A DNA stretch of 59,450 bases, counting the filler, from Asterionella formosa (lineage: Eukaryota): assembly GCA_002256025.1 (NCBI GenBank). It is 9 parts of 9 records of this genome, joined end to end, with 100 filler letters (N's around TTAATTAATTAA, not from the genome) between each part and the next. Parts side by side here need not be neighbours in the genome. Positions count along the whole stretch, not along the records: positions 1 to 6,538 come from NKIB01012681.1; positions 6,639 to 13,174 come from NKIB01012682.1; 7 more parts are not named here. One strand, 5' to 3'. Shown piece after piece: positions 1 to 12,474 of the stretch. Positions within the stretch are counted from its first letter, which is position 1, and each line of letters begins with the position of its first letter. The translations under genes and the position numbers were made by a program. The notes under the pieces were generated by a model. That model made no database searches and was not told the DNA's origin. It was given only the letters and a program-made list of their open reading frames with translations.

Positions 1-510
1 TCGACATGGTCAGTGACCGACGATGATGAATATATAGAACTCATGCATATAATGAACAAGAGGCGGCATAGCATACAAGAGGATGCATCGATATGAAAAT
101 TTAACTGTTGAAAATTAAAGTTAAAAAAATATAATGTCAAAGAAGTAATCTAAAATATCTCTATTATCAGAGCGCAAGGACGATATTATGCAGCAGATCA
201 CCAGAATAATCTGTCTTAAAATACACACATGATATAATAATTTTTTATTATCAGAGCGCGCCCAATTACTTAAATATTTTCAGTCGGAAGATGGAGTAAA
301 ATAACGGTGACAAAGTTTTTAACTGGTACCGGTATTCTGCAACAGGTAAGAATCTAGGAGTGTTCTCGAGACAGGCAAAACTCAGAGTACCAGTAATGTA
401 CGAACAAGCTTGTAACACGTTAATACCATAATGTAATCACGACAAACTAGTGGACCTCATCGGTGCAGTAACCGCTTTTCTTCCAAGTTTCATTTCGTCG
501 TTCGGAACCC

Positions 511-1887
511 ATGTCGTTCCAAGAATTACAAGCAAATATATGTGGCATAATCTCATCTTCTCTAGATCAAGCATCGTTTTCCGATGTCTGTCTGTCGCTT
601 GACCCAATTTTGGGTGCTTACATTTTCCAAAACCTTGACTCGCCGGCAACTGTCGTCGGCGATGGCGTCACGCCTTTGATGGTATCCTGTGACAAAGCCA
701 ATGAAAGCTGTCTGGAGTACATTGCGAAAAAATTGAAGCATAATCCATTATACGTTACTTTACTTGGGGATCCTTGGGCGAAAACGTCAACCAAACTTGG
801 AGAAAACTGTGCTATGCATTTTGCCGCCATGTCAGGTTTCTCCAACGCTATCAAGTGGCTTCATGAGATCTCTAAGTCCCTTGATACGCGTAACGAGGAA
901 CGTCGTTTCTGCTGTGACACAATAATAAACGCTCACGGGGATACGTGTGTCATGATGGCTTGTGCCGGTGGACACTTGGTGTTTATACAGCACCTATTCG
1001 AGAAGGACCGTATTCATGCTAGAAATCTCTGCAAATTGCAGAATCTTGCAGGAGATTCTGCTTTATCTCTTGCATGTGGTCACGGTCATGTTGATATTGC
1101 CGAATTTCTCTTACTATCAACTGATGGACCGAAACTTACTGTTTCGTATCAAGACATTGAAAAATGTAACGAGAAGCTTCTCAATGCCGAGCGGGCATTG
1201 ACCAAGATTGCACAAAGCCACAGCAACAGCAACCGCAAATTCTTTGAGCAAAAGCGAAACAATGTCAAACGCTGCCTTATGATGATGCAGGAAGTCGCAG
1301 CTCGAGCAGCTGAGGCCACCATGGTGGAACTGATAACAGAAGTAGATAGCGAGATTTCCAACACAAAGAAAAGGTCAAAGGCAACGAGGCGAACAAAATT
1401 AACATCGGTCGTTACAAACCATGTAGAAGACATTAAATCCTCAACCAACACACAAAAACCGATAATAGTTTGGAACAAGGAATCAAAGAGCAATGATCCC
1501 TCGGATCAAAGCATTTACCTACCCAGATATCGAACTCTCCCATCGGGGGCGGTTGTCAAACATGGATGTGGACCACCTATAGAAAGCGATGAACTGTATG
1601 AGCATTCTGTTGAGATCACATCTCAACTACCCACAAAGTCGGTCGATGACATGCTACGGGAGCGATATCGAGACCCATATGTAATGCAGTCACAAGATGC
1701 CAGAATCGATGCAGTCATGGATTCACTATGCTTGAATGCCACGATGCTTTTGTTAACTTCTCATGGTATGGCGATGGGTCTTTCCCCTTCGCAGCTCGAT
1801 GCCATTGAAAGTATTTTAGGGACTCAGATGGGAGCAGTCCATGAAGCGAAAAAGATCCAAGCAAGGATTAGACTAGAAAAGTCTTAA
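511..1887 (+). CDS. Ankyrin-repeat protein (458 aa)
   Basis: Intact ATG-TAA ORF with ankyrin-like repeats GDGVTPLMVSC, GENCAMHFAAMSG, GDTCVMMACAGGH and GDSALSLACGHGHVDIAEFLL, followed by a helical/basic C-terminal region. Confidence 0.85.
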   Translation: MSFQELQANICGIISSSLDQASFSDVCLSLDPILGAYIFQNLDSPATVVGDGVTPLMVSCDKANESCLEYIAKKLKHNPLYVTLLGDPWAKTSTKLGENCAMHFAAMSGFSNAIKWLHEISKSLDTRNEERRFCCDTIINAHGDTCVMMACAGGHLVFIQHLFEKDRIHARNLCKLQNLAGDSALSLACGHGHVDIAEFLLLSTDGPKLTVSYQDIEKCNEKLLNAERALTKIAQSHSNSNRKFFEQKRNNVKRCLMMMQEVAARAAEATMVELITEVDSEISNTKKRSKATRRTKLTSVVTNHVEDIKSSTNTQKPIIVWNKESKSNDPSDQSIYLPRYRTLPSGAVVKHGCGPPIESDELYEHSVEITSQLPTKSVDDMLRERYRDPYVMQSQDARIDAVMDSLCLNATMLLLTSHGMAMGLSPSQLDAIESILGTQMGAVHEAKKIQARIRLEKS

Positions 1888-2230
1888 TCATGACAAGGAG
1901 TATTACTTTCTATATTTCACCAGCAACAAGCGCCGCCAAAGGAGTTGTTCCTGTCTCATCAGTCTTGATACGAGATGAGAAAGCAAAGCGGGTAATCCCA
2001 GACATGCTGTTGAATGGCCTTTGAATGTTTGCATGAACGATCTCCCCAATAAACCCCAGCAAAAGTCACAACTTACTCGTCTTGTGTCACCAACTACCAA
2101 GTTTTGGGTTTCGCCTCCAATCTACCAAGAGTTAAACTTTTTTCAAATCTATCTAAATATTTAGCCCTGTGTATTTCAAAAAATTGGTCACACGTCCAAC
2201 CATTCGTGCCTAAAGACACATTTACAATGT

Positions 2231-4961
2231 TTACCACTTGCCGGTGCAAAGATCAAACACTCCTTCGATCAAATCACTCCCTCGCTTTACAACAGCCTTC
2301 TCCATACTTTCGGCATATGGGACAGGGGCGTCATCCATACAGAGACGTTTAACTGGAGAGTCAAGGAGGTCAAAGAGCTCCTCCGCCACCCTGGCACTGA
2401 TGGAAGCACCAACTCCACCAGTCTTTGTTGATTCATCCAAAATTGTGAGCTTGTGGGTTCGCCCAAGACTCTTCGCAATTGTGTCCATATCGAGGGGCTT
2501 CAAGGTGCGGAGCTCGATAAGGTCAACGTCGAACCCTTCTTCCTTGATAGCAGCAATAGAAGCCTGCGCTTCCTTCACTCCATGAAGATATGTCAGAACA
2601 GTCACAGCCTTGCCAGCCTTCACTGATTCAGCGCTAGCCTCGTGCAATAGGGCAGCCTTGTTCAAAGGCATGCATTGGCCAAGGTTGACCTTGCCCTTGG
2701 ATTCCTTCATCATCTTGACAGGAGCAAAGAGGAAGCATGGACCGTTGTCACGGATCATACTCTTGGTGATACCATATGCGGCATCAGGAGAGGCAGCAGT
2801 GCAGATCTTGAGCCCAGGAATGCCCATGACATAGGCATGGAAAGGCTGACTGTGCTCGGCACCAAGCGCTTGATTGGGAGCCGTCCCTCCAGCACCAATG
2901 ATAGTCAATGGCATGTTGAATCGTCCTCCTGTGGTAGCATACGTGTTTCCGGCAGAACTGAGCTCAGCCATGCCGTAAATACCAAAGTTGGTATTCATGA
3001 GCTCGACAATAGGACGGTACCCATTCATGGCTTCGCCCAATGCCTTCCCGATGAAATGACCTTCATCGATGATCTCATCGGCCGCACGAATCTGTCCATA
3101 CGTCTGTTGCGTCAACTTGGGAATATCGTAGGATGATCCTGCCTGTAGATCTTCTGCATGGATCGTCGTCATAGGGTCACGGAGCATCTCCTCATGAATG
3201 GCAAGGTTGATGGCATCTCCAATGGAGATCTCACCAGCGAGGGCTTTTCCTTGCAACATCTGTATGTGTGCCTTAACAGTGGCCATTTTTTCGGCGCTAA
3301 TGGTGCGTGCATTGACTTCGTCAGCAAAGGCAGGACTGGCCCGAGTGTTGTAGTCAGTGCCCGCCGCATCAGGATACTCGAGCTCCTTGGCGAGTTCAAC
3401 AGGTGGCATAGGCGACTTGTCAGCGAATTCAACCGACTTCTTGACATCAGCAAGGATTTCCTTCCGAGCATCCTTGAGTTCGTCCTCGGTGAAGAGTCCG
3501 CTGGCAAGGTATTTGGCTTCGAAGGACTTGATGGGATCTTGTTCGGCGCGAGCCCATGTCTTTTCTTCTTTGCGACCCCGCTCGTGCTCTGGGTCAGCAG
3601 GCGAGTGTCCATTGAATCGGTAGGTGTGGACCTGTAGGATAGCAGGTCCCTTCCCTGCTCGAATGTAGTCAATAACAGCTTTTCCTCCCTTGGCAACATC
3701 CGATGGGTTCATGCCGTCCACGAGGAGTCCTGGAACTCCATAGTGTTTACCGGCTTCATAAACATTCGAGTTTTGCGCAACATCCTGGGTGAACGTGTTG
3801 ATAGCACGTCCGTTATCAATAACAATGATAAGAAGGGGAAGGTTGTCCTTGGCTGCCGAGTTGAGTACTTCTGCCATTCTTCCGTTTTGTGATCCCCCTT
3901 CTCCAATAAAGACAACCGACAGGCGGTCATCGTCCGCTGGAGGAGCCACGTTTTGCTTGGTAATAGTGGCATCATCGGAGAGTCCCAAAGCGCGATCTAA
4001 AAGAATGCTCTTTGCCGCTCCACAAGCATATGGCAGCTGTTCCGAAACCAGGGCCCATCCTCCCTGAAAATATGTTTCTTTGTCAAAAATGTGCATGGAC
4101 CCACCAGCTCCACGGCAAGTGCCTCCATCCTTCATGAAAAGTTCTGCCATGATCGCCCCTGGGTCCACACCACTTGCCAATGCATGCGTATGCTCACGGT
4201 AGTATGAATACTTGATGTCACCATTCTTGATGGCGTAGTCCACCAGCCCTGGAACACTCTCTTGTCCATTGTCAAGGTGCATGAACCCACGAATCTTTCC
4301 TTGCATATATTGTTGGTTGCATGCATTTTCAAAAGCTCGTGCGAGCGTCATGGACTTGTACAACTTCATCAAGGCACCTTTGTCGCCCTCCAATTCGTCG
4401 TTGTATGCTTTGAGTTCCGCCTCCGAGTAGCCAAAGGATGCCTTGAGTTGGTTGCAGATTTCAGTCCAACTCATGTTGATGGGAGGGCGCATGGGCGATA
4501 CCATCTCTTGTTCCGTCTGCGCTTCAGGGGCAGTGGTGGACATGCGAGTCGAAGGAGTAATAGGGGATGCGGCAGACGAGCCGACATGGCTTCGAGTGGT
4601 GGCCTTTGGTGCGATGCTGATGTGTGTTTGTGAGAAGCGAGGAGAATTTGATGTTGAGTGTCAGTCAGCGTCGAGTCAAGCTGCAAAGGAGATAGTAGTT
4701 GCAGTGGTGGAGGGTGACGACATCGCGCTTGCAATAGAACATTTCTTGGAGTCGACCATTCGTGGAAACAAGAGGCGACGTAAAACGGATACTATCCATA
4801 TACAATCCCACGCAATGAAGGTGCCGTCACGGAACCGCTGCGGGTTCTTGTCGAGTTCACATGCGTTCGTCTCGCCTTGTCTTTGCACAACTAGTTACTC
4901 ACGTGAATGCCAAGGCAGAACCCACAGAGAGAGCGGCAACAGCAATTGTTGTGAACTTCAT
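2231..4961 (-). CDS. Plastid-targeted pyruvate dehydrogenase E1 alpha-beta fusion, about 814 aa; exon1 4961-4903, intron 4902-4617, exon2 4616-2231
   Basis: E1-alpha motifs (GFMHLDNGQE, YYREH, GGSMH, TYRFNGHSPADP) and E1-beta motifs (LGAEHSQ, DLIELRTLKPLD) lie in one ORF. The upstream exon MKFTTIAVAALSVGSALAF is a signal peptide with an ALA-F cleavage motif. It splices in frame (GTGAGT...CATCAG) to a Ser/Thr-rich transit peptide. Confidence 0.9.
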
Positions 4962-5830
4962 GATGTGCTTGCTAGTTCAAGATCAATCTGAACTGAGAAA
5001 ATATGACACCGAGTTTGGCTGTGTGGAAACGAGAATTTTAGAGTTTTAGCTATACCGGTAATAGATCCGACGAAAATAAAACACAGACGACGTCGCTCCT
5101 TTTGGCAAATACGAAATACGGGTAGTCGACGTGGTGTGACGACTGCGGCTGCATTCCGGTAATTGTGAGAAAAATCCTATATATGCGACATGCTACATAT
5201 TCGCACTTCATATACCGGTTGCTAATAGTATGTATGGAGCATTCGGTATACCGGTACATATTTGATTTAGTAAACTATACCTGGTAGGCAACCAGGTACC
5301 ACACGTAGAGTGCGACAAGCAAGGGAGCCTGTCGATCCCACAAATACCGGTATCCCTCTATGATTATCATATTGCCTGGAAGTATCCTCCGCCAAAAGCA
5401 ATACCGGTATATGTAATGAATGGCAGAAAGGGACGACAAGTGCGTCACTCATGCGTCGGACAGACGGAATGATCTGAGCAAACAAGCAAGCAAGCAGAAA
5501 AATTGTACCACGACATATTTTTACTTTCACCGGTATATAGGCAGACAACAGAACTAGGTACCGGTATTTAGTGGTATCTAAGTACCAGGTACTGTTCTGC
5601 GTATACTGGCACATACTACGCATGAATGTGCAGGATCAAAACGGGCTGCTACAGAAAGGTAAAGCGATACGTACTACCAGGTACGATAATCTGGGGTTTG
5701 GTAGATGACTACCGGTACTGGTAACACTACCGGTATCAAAGAAAGGAGCACTTTTTACAGTATCATGGTACGGTGTACCTTGTGTATCTACCGGTATGCA
5801 ATCAACTAACGGTAGACTACATGGTACCAG

Positions 5831-6538
5831 GTGAGCAATCCTGCACATCGATACAGATATATATAGAGTTGGGGTTATGTCAAATATATCGGAATTCAAT
5901 AATGAGAGAACTCGACTAACACCCATTCTATACTTTTGATGTCAGTTCAGGAAATGAGTTATACATAAGGATTAATTAATAAGCTCATATATTCAACAAA
6001 TACTACTACTTCTAGTTAGATACTTCACTTTGAATTCAAAAAGAGTCGAATTAGAAGACAACAAACATGGCAATGTATTCAAGGGTTCCTGTGATTCCTT
6101 TGATCAAAGACTACAATGTATTGACTATCAAAACTAAAACGTTCAGAGTTGCTTTAACCGGTGGAAGGTTTGAATCGTTTGATCAAGATATGATCGATGG
6201 AAGCTCAGTGGAAGCATTGTTAATTGGAGTTAGTCAATTTCGTGATATGGCTAACACATGTGACTTTAGCCCTGCAGATACCTTTTCCTATTTTAAAAGG
6301 TGTTTGACAGACATTGCCTTATCGGATTGGTTGAATGTGGAAGTACACCCAGAAGATCAATCTTACGATAGTTTCGAAGAAGCGATGGCTTTATGGTTAG
6401 ACGATCGTTTGCCAAATGAGAGTTTTCAACATCAACGACAATGGATGCTACGTTATTTATCTAAACCCTTTTCCATGTTGGTAATGGATTACGGAGCTCG
6501 TATTAAAACTTTAAACAGGCTACTTCAACTAATGCCTC
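5831..6538 (+). mobile_element. 5' end (LTR/leader plus gag start, ATG 6067) of a Ty3/Gypsy retrotransposon, cut by the contig end
   Basis: Nearly identical to 51220-51928, where the same gag is followed by protease and Gypsy-type RT remnants. Confidence 0.8.
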
Positions 6539-6638
6539 NNNNNNNNNNNNNNNNNNNNNNNNNNNNNNNNNNNNNNNNNNNNTTAATTAATTAANNNNNN
6601 NNNNNNNNNNNNNNNNNNNNNNNNNNNNNNNNNNNNNN
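6539..6638. other. Artificial contig linker
   Basis: N44-TTAATTAATTAA-N44 (stops in all six frames), identical at eight places in the window. Confidence 0.99.
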
Positions 6639-6918
6639 TATTGCTGTTGTCGTTTTCCATCCTTCTTTCCTTTTTATTTCATGAGTGAAAGAAAGTCCGG
6701 GAAACATACCAAATGATACGTAACAATATAAATAAAAGGTGTGCTCGACAGTCCCGGTACTGTTAAAAGGTATAGGTACCGTACTTGATAGTTGCGGGAA
6801 TTTTGCTCAACTAAGGATTTAGCTTTCTTTATCCTATATTAAATTGTTTATTTAAGCAAAAGTAGGGTCAGGGTTTTCCGCTAATACTTGGCCTACCGGT
6901 ATATTCGGGGTCTACCTC

Positions 6919-8018
6919 TGTCAAGAATAAAGCATCAATGACTGTGGACTCGACTATAGTCCAATGAGTCAAATGGTGCATTCCCATGTCAAGAAGCTTG
7001 CTAATGAGATTGATGTCTTAGATCAATCAGAAGAAGGTTTACATCAACGAAAAGGGAAAACGAAGAACAGGTTCTCGAATTGTAATGAATGGGATTGAAA
7101 CTTAGTTTTAGTTTAAGCTTATAATTTAGAAACAGTGAGAATTGACAGAGTAAGGTCAATAGCGAAAACTACTAGCACAAAGGCTAGCAGCAGAAAGACG
7201 ATGACAATACTAGTGGTATAACAGGTAAGTCCTACGTAAGAGAAACCCGTCAGACGGGAAGGAGTACGAGACATTTTAACACGCTTTAAAGCGTGGCTTT
7301 GAAGGCCACAGGCTACTCAGGAATGATGGGAACAAGTGACGAAGACAAGTCAGTGAGGTTGCCGACATTCGATGGGCAAGATGCTAAATGGCACATGTGG
7401 AAAGCAAAGTTTCTCGCATACGCGTGCTACAAGAACATTCAAGGAATACTTAATGGTGACAAACTACCAAGAGGAGAGAAAGACCTAAAGGACGATACGA
7501 TCGTGTTGTCAGATGCTGGTGAGAGATGCATCTGAAGGAGCAACACAGTTGCTTATGCAAGTTTGATAATGGCATGCCAGAGTGGGCCATTCGGACACGT
7601 AAATAATGCAAGACGTGCTGAGTTTCCTAACGGCATTGATAAAGAAGCATGGGACAAGCTCATTTCTACATATGAGTCAGGCGGCAACATGATGGCGAAT
7701 GTCATTGCCTTGTCCCACCAATGGACAAAGTGCACTCTAGGGGAAAACGAGAACCCTGACAGCTGGTATGTGGAGTTGGATCGTATCCGGGAAAGATTGG
7801 TCAATGCGAGCTCCGCAATTTCGGATGGTGCCTATGAGGCACACATGATCAACAACCTACCGGAAAGCTACAAGAGTTTGGTAGTAGGAAGGTTTGGCCT
7901 GGCGTGCAACACACTAACGGTCGAAGAGATTAAGACAGACATCTGGGACTACTACAATCTATATGTCCGGGATGACGTCAAAACGACTAACAATGAGAAG
8001 GAACGGCTTGTTAGCTAG
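6919..8018 (+). mobile_element. Ty1/Copia remnant: LTR (about 6919-7223, TGTCAAG...ATAACA) plus gag pseudogene (about 7323-8018)
   Basis: Copia gag-like sequence (LPTFDGQDAKWHMWKAKFLAYA...AWDKL...ENPDSWYVEL...HMINNLPESY) in one frame, interrupted by TGA at 7533-7535. The LTR 5' end is confirmed by an inverted copy at 52965-53060. Confidence 0.75.
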
Positions 8019-9817
8019 ACATGTTACACTGACACAACATCACGCCATTCCATCGTATCCTCTTGCTTGCTTCACTTACCACAGCCAAATCAGAGCAAGT
8101 GATGTTAAAGTCTGTAATAGTAAATTGTCAGTAAATTCTTGAATAAGTAAGTTTCAGGTTTCCAATGTTGCCAAATGAACCTTACCAATTCATTTTCGTT
8201 AGCTTAACTTTGAGAGAAGTTAAAATGGCGTGTCCGTCAGTTATGTTCCATCAAAAGTGAATAAGTCCAATGACAAAAGCACTTACCAATTTTGTTTTGT
8301 TTAATATTGGTGCTCCCCAACAAGCGAAACGAGCTGTTGATTCAACTGAGAAAAAAGGAAATGTGCATTTATTTTACAATTTGTTGTTGTCCTGCCTCCC
8401 AACGATTGTCATCCAAGTACCACATTGGTGGCTTCATTACCTTAAACATTCTCCATCCTTCGAAGGCGCAATGTGTCGAAGCCACAATGTTACAATAGGA
8501 ATTATTTCGTTCGTACTGAGAAACTGTACTCATTTCTACGTGCATACTGTGAAGCTGTTGGTTTGCACTACCAGCATTGCTTCCCGTATTCCCCTTATTA
8601 CAATAGAATATGGCGTTCGTACTGTGAATATATTTAGAGTAACCACTGGCTGGCTGTGTCCTCTTCTTCCTGTCATACCGATATTTGTTTAAGGTCACAC
8701 TTGTAGCATCAAAAAATTTTTTCCCGACGAAGTAAGACTGCGCCAGGTTTTTTCATGTAGATTGTAGGTTCTGTTGGTACAAAGATGAAGTCATGGCTGC
8801 GCAAGGATTTTTGGCCCTCTGAATTCATAAAGACAACATTTAACCACCACTGTGCACAATACATGTTTTCAACATGGGGACAACCCTTAAAAGCAGCATC
8901 CCTTTCTAGCTTTTCAGCGCCTCACCATTAACAAATCCTACATCAGCCAAGGACTCACATATTGTTTGTTGAAATAATAGAAGGTGGAATGACACAACAT
9001 TGAGATCGTAAGCAATTGATGCTTTTAAGGTAAGATTTATTTGCTTGCTATTTTTGCTATTATATCACCAAGCGAGGGATAACTCATGATATGTCATGCT
9101 TTTGTTTACAACATTCATTTGACATTTGAACAGGCCTTTTCAGAAAAGCAGTGTTCTTTGAAAAGTATGAGTGATAGCAGATGAAATGACACAATATGGA
9201 GACCCGCAATGGAGGCCTTCAAGGTGAGCTCAATCTTCAGTTTTAACAATTGTATCAGCAAAGCGAGCGAGAAATCACATGGTTCTGTTTTTGTTCTCTA
9301 CATTTATTTTACATTTTAGCCGTCCATTTCACAACAGGAGCCATCTTTTTTAATGCATCAGTGAGTTGCAGTGCTGCCTGGTGGCTGGCTAATGCCGGTG
9401 TTCTGCTGTCAATTTGACTGCTCCGTGAAACAGTTGAATAGCACATGTGTGTCTTGCTTTCTGCTGTTGCTAGTTCTATTATATGAATTACTGACACACT
9501 GTTCTTTTGTAAATCTTTGCAGGTCAATGAAGAAGCAAGAAGTCATTTCAAGGACAAGGAGGAAGCCAGTGTGATACATTCCTGTTGCGATTTCGCACCA
9601 TGATGCCTTTTCAAGAATGAATAATTTTTTCATTCAGAATGAACGGTTTCTGTTTGTCTTGCATTGTCCTTAAAGACGTCTCATGATGCCTGCCTTCTCA
9701 AGAGTGAAGATGCCATTCTGAATGAACTGCTTTGTTTGATTGCATATCGAGATTTGTTTCCCATGTGATGTGAAATACCGGCAGTTGAATTAGAAATCAA
9801 CATATTTGATTGTACTT

Positions 9818-9940
9818 TTAAATTACGTAAACAAATTTAATACATTACGTGAACTATATTATAGAATTACGTGAACAAAATTATAAGGCAATGTGAACTA
9901 AATTACAGAATGAAGTGAAGTATTTCAAATAATTATGCGA
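9818..9940. repeat. Degenerate tandem repeat with a 22-23 nt period (ATTACGTGAAC core)
   Basis: Successive copies attacgtaaac, attacgtgaac, attacgtgaac, aatgtgaac and gaagtgaag at regular spacing; resembles a DNA-transposon subterminal array. Confidence 0.6.
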
Positions 9941-10222
9941 AGGTGATCACGTAATTTCGTGATGATCAGGAATGCATGCATGATACTCTGATCAAATAAT
10001 TAACATGATTTATTCAGATTATATATAGATACATTCAAGTAAGCATTTTGATGTATTCAACTAATTCATGTGATCAATTCAAAATCAACTAGGCTTATTT
10101 ACGTGATGGTCACTTCATGTAATACGCAGCTTAGATGTGGGTCATGGCAGTGGACGACTATCATCAGTGTTAATGTTTCTTCTGACAAACATGTATATCA
10201 TGTACTTCTCATTTAATACTCA

Positions 10223-11447
10223 TCAGGGATTGTTTTGAGACTCTGTAGAATTCCATTCTTCAAAATTGATGATGAAATATTCTTCATTTGATGGATTGTC
10301 ACTCCTCGCATATCCCAAGTACTTGAATCTCACCCCATACTTGACATCAGTTACCTTGTATTGGAATGTTTTGAAACAAGTTTTGGCTGTCAGGTTCGAC
10401 TTTCCTGTAAATATGACATTGATACTTTCAAAACTTAGGGCACCTTCAACCCCTTTGCCATAATTGTATCCTGTTGGCCAATCCCCATTTTCTCTGTATT
10501 CCTTTTTCAAAAGAGGTGAACCATTAAGCAATCTATGTCTGACATGCCACGCCCCTTGAGCAAGATTTGGAAGGCAGTTGTTTTCAAGTTTGGCTTCTCT
10601 GTGTTTGAGGCCAGAACCAGGTTGGTCAGAAAAAGAGGACTTTGTAGTGACAACACATGTAACTTTTGGATTTGTAATTCCACCAAGAAAGTCATGTGAA
10701 CGCTAGTACAATTAATTAGACAAGGGAAGCAAACAACGAATTGGCATAAGTAAGGGTTGGCACAGCAACACATCCGAAATCATGAGTTGATACTTACATC
10801 ACTTTTTACAATACGTATCTCAATGCATGGAAATCTACCATCACCTTTAGCTTTGTCGTCACCATACTTTACACATATCATTGTGCTGAAATTCACATGA
10901 GCAGTGGCAAGCCGTCTTGAGACCTTCCCATGAGTTATTAGAATGCAATTGTCACAAGAAACTCGCACAGACAGGTCAAATTCCCTCCGAACAATGATGA
11001 ATAAGTACAACTTACCTTTGTGATGATCATGGCTCCAGATAAACCAACATATAGGATTCCAACAAGGGCCTCGATCGCCAGTAATATTCGGGAAAACATG
11101 TGGCTCGATTCCACGGGCACCGCAACAGTACCATAACCCACAGTGCTCATTGTTGTCCATGATAATTCGAAGGCATTGTATATTGAATCTTCTCCCGTCT
11201 CGTCCAATGCAAAAATAATGCCTGCATATACCCAAACTAAAATGGAATAAAGTATCCAAAACAGAAAGATGTTACATGGAAATATGATTCTATAGTTCAA
11301 ATAGGTGATTGACAAAATGAGTCGTTCCCAGGGGTGATTCACCACGAATTGTTTGACGGAGTGATACATGCCTATCAACCGATTTCTAGAACAGTCCCTG
11401 AGTCTCAAAAACTGTCTCGCAGTGGACAAAGCGAGGATTGAACACAT
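10223..11447 (-). CDS. Inward-rectifier (Kir-type) potassium channel; exons 11447-11016, 10923-10798, 10702-10223
   Basis: TM1-pore-TM2 with the FELSWTTMSTVGYG selectivity filter. Two GT-AG introns (92 and 95 nt) splice in frame to a Kir-like cytoplasmic domain (AHVNFST...FPCIEIRI...HRLLNGSPL). The start codon is uncertain. Confidence 0.8.
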
Positions 11448-11676
11448 GTAAGTAGTAAGTTTGCTGATCAGACTAAAATAATGAAATATTTTCCTTGTGT
11501 CTGAGTGATGATTGCATTACCTTTGTTTACTGCGATGTGTTTTGAATGTCATACCATCATGATGGTTTAACAATAGTGAATGGTGTACTATAGGTATTTT
11601 GTGAATGAATGGCACATCTTGATCTCACGCCTTGATGAGGGCGGGGCCGATGCCGCGCTTCAAAATACTAACTAAA

Positions 11677-11900
11677 TAATGCCAGTATGCGAACAGAATT
11701 GATATACCGGTATACATATACCAGCATCATTCAGTATCAAACACATACATAACAGAACATGTTTCAAGCAAACCAAACATACCTGCGATTAAAAATTCTA
11801 AATAATGCCAGTACCGGTATCCGAACATGATTGATATATTTATAGATATATATGCCGGTATCATTCAGTTTCCAAACACATACATAACAGAACACGTTTC
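11677..11900. repeat. Imperfect direct duplication (about 125-nt period) between the two Kir genes
   Basis: ATAATGCCAGTA...TCATTCAGT...AAACACATACATAACAGAACAYGTTTC occurs twice. Confidence 0.6.
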
Positions 11901-12474
11901 TATTCAAACAAACAAACAAAACTAAGTCATATATATGAGTAAATCGACTCAAGACTCAAAGATTGATTCATTTATGAGTAAAGATTGATTAATGCATGAG
12001 TAAATGTTTATGTCTAGACTCAAAAGGTCATGACCGGGCTGATTTTGGAGATACAAACAAGATTCGTTTGACTTGTCTGTTTCAACTGGTACCAGGTAGA
12101 CAAAGAATGCTTTTCATTCTGAATATCAATGGCACAAGTAATGCGAACTATACATTACTATGCATTATATTCGCTCCTGTAAGTGTATGATCATTGGTAA
12201 AGGTGATGGACTGTTTACACCAGCGGTTTTATAATTTTTAAGGCCAGAAAGGGAACTAAGTCGTAGATACGTACCACTAATACATTGATACTTCAAGTTC
12301 CACAGTGTGGGAGTAAAATCAAGCATAAAAATTTGTAGATTGAATGTTTGATTAGTAAACTCATTTTCGCTTACCGGTACAATTGATAGAAAGATATGAG
12401 TGGAGAAAGCTAGGAGGAGAAGAAAGGGCCGAGCTGTTAAGGGATCGAAGACCAAAATCTAATTCAATATCATC

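Noticed and set aside
160..262. Duplicated TATTATCAGAGCGC word
   Set aside because: Only two short copies at a contig start, with no structure to interpret.
4617..4902. TPP riboswitch in the PDH intron
   Set aside because: The conserved CUGAGA and CCUGAU...AGGGA elements are not present.
2238..4991. Many + strand and alternate-frame ORFs over the PDH gene (and likewise over the P450, GPCR and PGRL1 genes)
   Set aside because: Shadow ORFs caused by the codon bias of the real genes.
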